64,000 nucleotides of DNA from Candidatus Hydrogenedentota bacterium (GTDB taxonomy: Bacteria; Hydrogenedentota; Hydrogenedentia; Hydrogenedentales; SLHB01). Location of the stretch: assembly GCA_963668025.2 (NCBI GenBank), contig CAXXTH010000018.1, forward strand, positions 513,763 through 577,762, in the 5' to 3' direction. Positions 61,387-64,000 of the stretch are shown here, piece after piece; the first letter of the stretch is position 1, and the number at the start of each line of letters is the position of its first letter. The translations under genes and the position numbers were made by a program. The notes under the pieces were generated by a model. It searched no databases and was not told the DNA's origin. It saw nothing but the letters and a program-made list of their open reading frames with translations.

Positions 61387-62632
61387 TCCACCGTCGCTGG
61401 CTCGCCCACGAACCGGCCCAGGGGCGGCGTTGGTAACGATGACCCGGCCTTCAGTCTGCCCGGGCGCTTTCTCCACAATCCGCCCGATAGCCGCCGCCGC
61501 AGTATGCCCGCGCATCTTCATATCATCCAGAAACGCTTCCGCTTGCGCGGGCGGCAAGGCGATGAGCAATCCGCCGGAAGTTTGCGGATCAAACAGCACC
61601 GGCAAACCGCCCTGGCCCGCGCCTTCGGTGATGTCGATCCAGCTCATGGCGTACGCCTGGTTGCGGTCCACCGCCCCGCCGAACACCTCGTGCGCAAGGC
61701 AGGCCGATGCGGATGCGAGCACGGGAATGGCGGACATATCGATTTCGGCGTTGACGCCGCTGCCGCGCACCATGGACACAAGATGGCCCGCCAAGCCGAA
61801 TCCGGTCACATCGGTGCAGGCATGCGCGCCGTGGCGCAGCATCAGTTCGGATGCGTCGCGATTGAGGGCCGCCATCCACTCTCCCGCTTCATTCAGCGCC
61901 GCCTCGTCTATCACGCCCAATTGGGCCGCGAAGGACACGATGCCCGTGCCCAGCGGCTTGGTGAGGACAAGGACATCGCCGGGCTGGGCGCAGTCGCGCG
62001 CGATGGGCTGGCGGGGGGTCGATGACGCCCGTGACCGCGAAACCACATTTGATCTCTTCGTCGTTGATGCTGTGGCCGCCGATGAGGGCGCAGTTGGCTT
62101 CTTCGAGGGTTTCCATGCCGCCCAGCAGCATCTCGCGCAGAATACCTCCATCCAGCGTCTCGATGGGGAATCCCACGATCGACAGCGCCGTGATGGGCCG
62201 CCCACCCATGGCGTAGACATCGCTTACGGAATTGGCGGCGGCGATGCGCCCGAACAGGCGGGCGTCATTGACGCATGGTGTGAACACATCGACCGTCTGC
62301 ACCAGCGCCGTCCGCTCATCCAACCGGTAGACGCCCGCATCGTCGCCCGCCGCTGCGCCCAGCAGCACATTCGGGTCCGTGGGCAGCGGAAGGCCGCTGA
62401 GCAATTGTTGCAAGTCGGCCTGCCCGATCTTGGACGCGCACCCGGCCTTGCGGACATATTGGGTCAACGCGGCGCGGCCAGTCTTCACGGAAATACGTTC
62501 ACCCGCACACGGGCATACATTCTGTTCGATGAGCGGCGGGCACGGGCACGGATGCTTAGGATTGCAGATGCAATGCCCCAGCTTGCGCGAACGCTCCATC
62601 ACCGCCCGGCGTCGTTCGAGATCAATGGCCAA
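61357..62632 (-). CDS. selD: Selenide, water dikinase with Cys-rich N-terminal extension (frameshift near 62015)
   Basis: KAGCASK, GDDAGVY, QTVDVFTP, AANSVSDVYAMGG, GGHS, LTKPLGTG, TDVTGFGLAGH, DPQTSGGLL. One extra C in a homopolymer. Confidence 0.9.
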
Positions 62633-62669
62633 ACAACGTTCCTTTCAAGGCAAAGCACTTTGCTACCAG

Positions 62670-62963
62670 TTATGACGCTTCCACAAGCTCTATGCGAATA
62701 CGTTTGCCGACCGCCATGGCGGCCTTCTGCAGTGTGTGCAGCGTCACGGATGAGTTCTGTGTGTCGAGGAGGCGCTCAAGGGCGGGACGGCTGGTGTTCA
62801 TTCTACGGGCCATCTCAGCCTTTGAGATGTTTTCCGTCTTCATGGTGGCGACTATTTGCATGGCGATAATCTCTTTAATAGCGTGCTCCTCACACTCATC
62901 TAGAATGCCTCCTTCTTGCAGAAAGTTGTCGAATAAGGAACCAATATGTCCTTTCTCTTTCAT
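62670..62963 (-). CDS. XRE/HigA-like antitoxin (HTH)
   Basis: HIGSLFDNFL.E.G, ISKAEMARRMNTSRPALERLLD..N.SVTL.TL.KAA. Confidence 0.85.
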   Translation of the reverse strand: MKEKGHIGSLFDNFLQEGGILDECEEHAIKEIIAMQIVATMKTENISKAEMARRMNTSRPALERLLDTQNSSVTLHTLQKAAMAVGKRIRIELVEAS

Positions 62964-62975
62964 GAAATGCCTCCT

Positions 62976-63060
62976 CTAATCACTTAGCGCTTTGAAACGT
63001 TTGAGCGCAAGGTCTTTATCACGTGCCGGCGTTTTGGCGTTTTTTTTAAAGTATTCAGCT
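62976..63060 (-). pseudogene. C-terminal remnant of a RelE/Gp49-like toxin
   Basis: FKKNAKTPARDKDLALKRFKAL* with no start codon, directly upstream of the antitoxin. Confidence 0.6.
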
Positions 63061-63090
63061 TCTCGCACTATGATTTCTTTGTTGAAGCAG

Positions 63091-63165
63091 TTCTCTGTGT
63101 TCCTCTGTGTCTCTGTGGTGCAATTCTTTATTATTCACCACAGAGGCACAGAGAATCACAGAGAA
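63091..63165. repeat. Inverted repeat built from CACAGAG units
   Basis: TTCTCTGTGTTCCTCTGTGTCTCTGTGGTG ... CACCACAGAGGCACAGAGAATCACAGAGAA. Confidence 0.75.
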
Positions 63166-63187
63166 TCAATCATACACATTAAGTGCT

Positions 63188-64000
63188 TCACGATTCATAC
63201 AATCCGATGCGGCGCAAGGCGTCCGTCACATCGTTCTCTTCGCCTTCCAGCAGCGTGCGGGCGTCCAACCATACCGCGTCCTCCTGCACGCGTGCGATGA
63301 TCGGCGGCTCGTTGTAGCGCAACGCTTGCGCCAAGGCATCCGCGCTCCATCCCGGACGCGCCACGCGAAGGCCCCAGGAAGGGATATCCACGGCAGGCAG
63401 TGAACCGCCGCCGGTAGCGCTCGCCATGGCCACAATGGCCACATCGAGCGGGAATGCCGGCCAGCGCCGCGCCCATCGCCTCGGCACGCGCGCGGACGCT
63501 TTCCACCGGCTCGGCGAGCATCCGCAGCGTGGATGACGTTCGAGCAGTTTCTCCGGTTCGAGAAACAGCCGCAGTGTGTGTTCCAAGGCCATGTCGGTGA
63601 GCTTGCCCACGCGCAGCATGCGCGTGAGGGGATGCTTGCGGATGCGGTCCACTAACGGCTTTTTGCCTACAATGATGCCCGCTTGCGAGCCGCCGATGAG
63701 CTTGTCGCCACTGAAACAGCACAAAGTCCGCTCCGGCGGCGATGCTGTCGGGCACGGTAGGCTCGTGTGGGAGGCCATACGCGCGCAGGTCCATTAATGC
63801 GCCACAGCCCAGGTCGTCGATGAGTAGGAGGTTGTGCTTCCTCGCCAACGGCGCGAGTTCAGCGGTCTCGACTTGTTTCGTGAAACCGACGATGCGGTAA
63901 TTGCTGGCGTTGACCCGCAAGATAGCTCCAGTATGCTCCGTGATGGCGGATTCGTAATCCCGCAAATGTGTCTTGTTGGTCGTGCCCACCTCGATGAGCC
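63188..64000 (-). CDS. selA: L-seryl-tRNA(Sec) selenium transferase, 3' part (three apparent frameshifts)
   Basis: EVGTTNKTHL.DY, SNYRIVGFT, DDLGCG, FSGDKLIGGSQAGII, HPL.R.LRVGK, GGGSLP, LDARTL, spread over shifting frames. Confidence 0.92.

Noticed and set aside
62430-62450. Sec in the SelD active site
   Set aside because: The codon is TGC (KAGCASK), so this is the Cys form.
45000-64000. tRNA-Sec (selC) near the sel genes
   Set aside because: No cloverleaf with a TCA anticodon found by eye; the CTTCAAA matches I checked lie inside CDSs. It is probably elsewhere in the genome.

Overview
Bacterial window of about 57-62% GC by eye. The DUF1559 prepilin-type and PASTA-anchor proteins suggest a Candidatus Hydrogenedentes-like organism (inference). 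The left part (1-27.5 kb) holds carbohydrate-use loci: GH38, GH31, three URO-D/MtaA-family proteins, an aldolase/kinase/isomerase/DeoR cluster, an SSS transporter split by an internally deleted IS200 element, an IS186-like IS4 element, and an aas-marR unit. The middle holds an FG-GAP protein, a large hybrid histidine kinase, disA-pyrK-pyrD-pyrF, an ORF-less group IIC intron, tandem BNR/sialidase paralogs and a PilZ protein. The right part (45-64 kb) is the most notable: a selenium locus. Three exported paralogs appear to stop at FEYG-TGA but continue in frame as G-x-x-C, and a small membrane protein ends in CPT-TGA. All four TGAs are followed by a similarly placed hairpin with a CAUGG loop, a candidate SECIS. 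These genes surround a methyltransferase / double-cubane-type reductase / two HAD-family subunits / ATP-dependent activase operon and lie next to a polyferredoxin, selB, an unusually fused selD, and selA. selA and selD carry homopolymer frameshifts that may be sequencing errors. All calls come from reading the sequence; no database searches were run.
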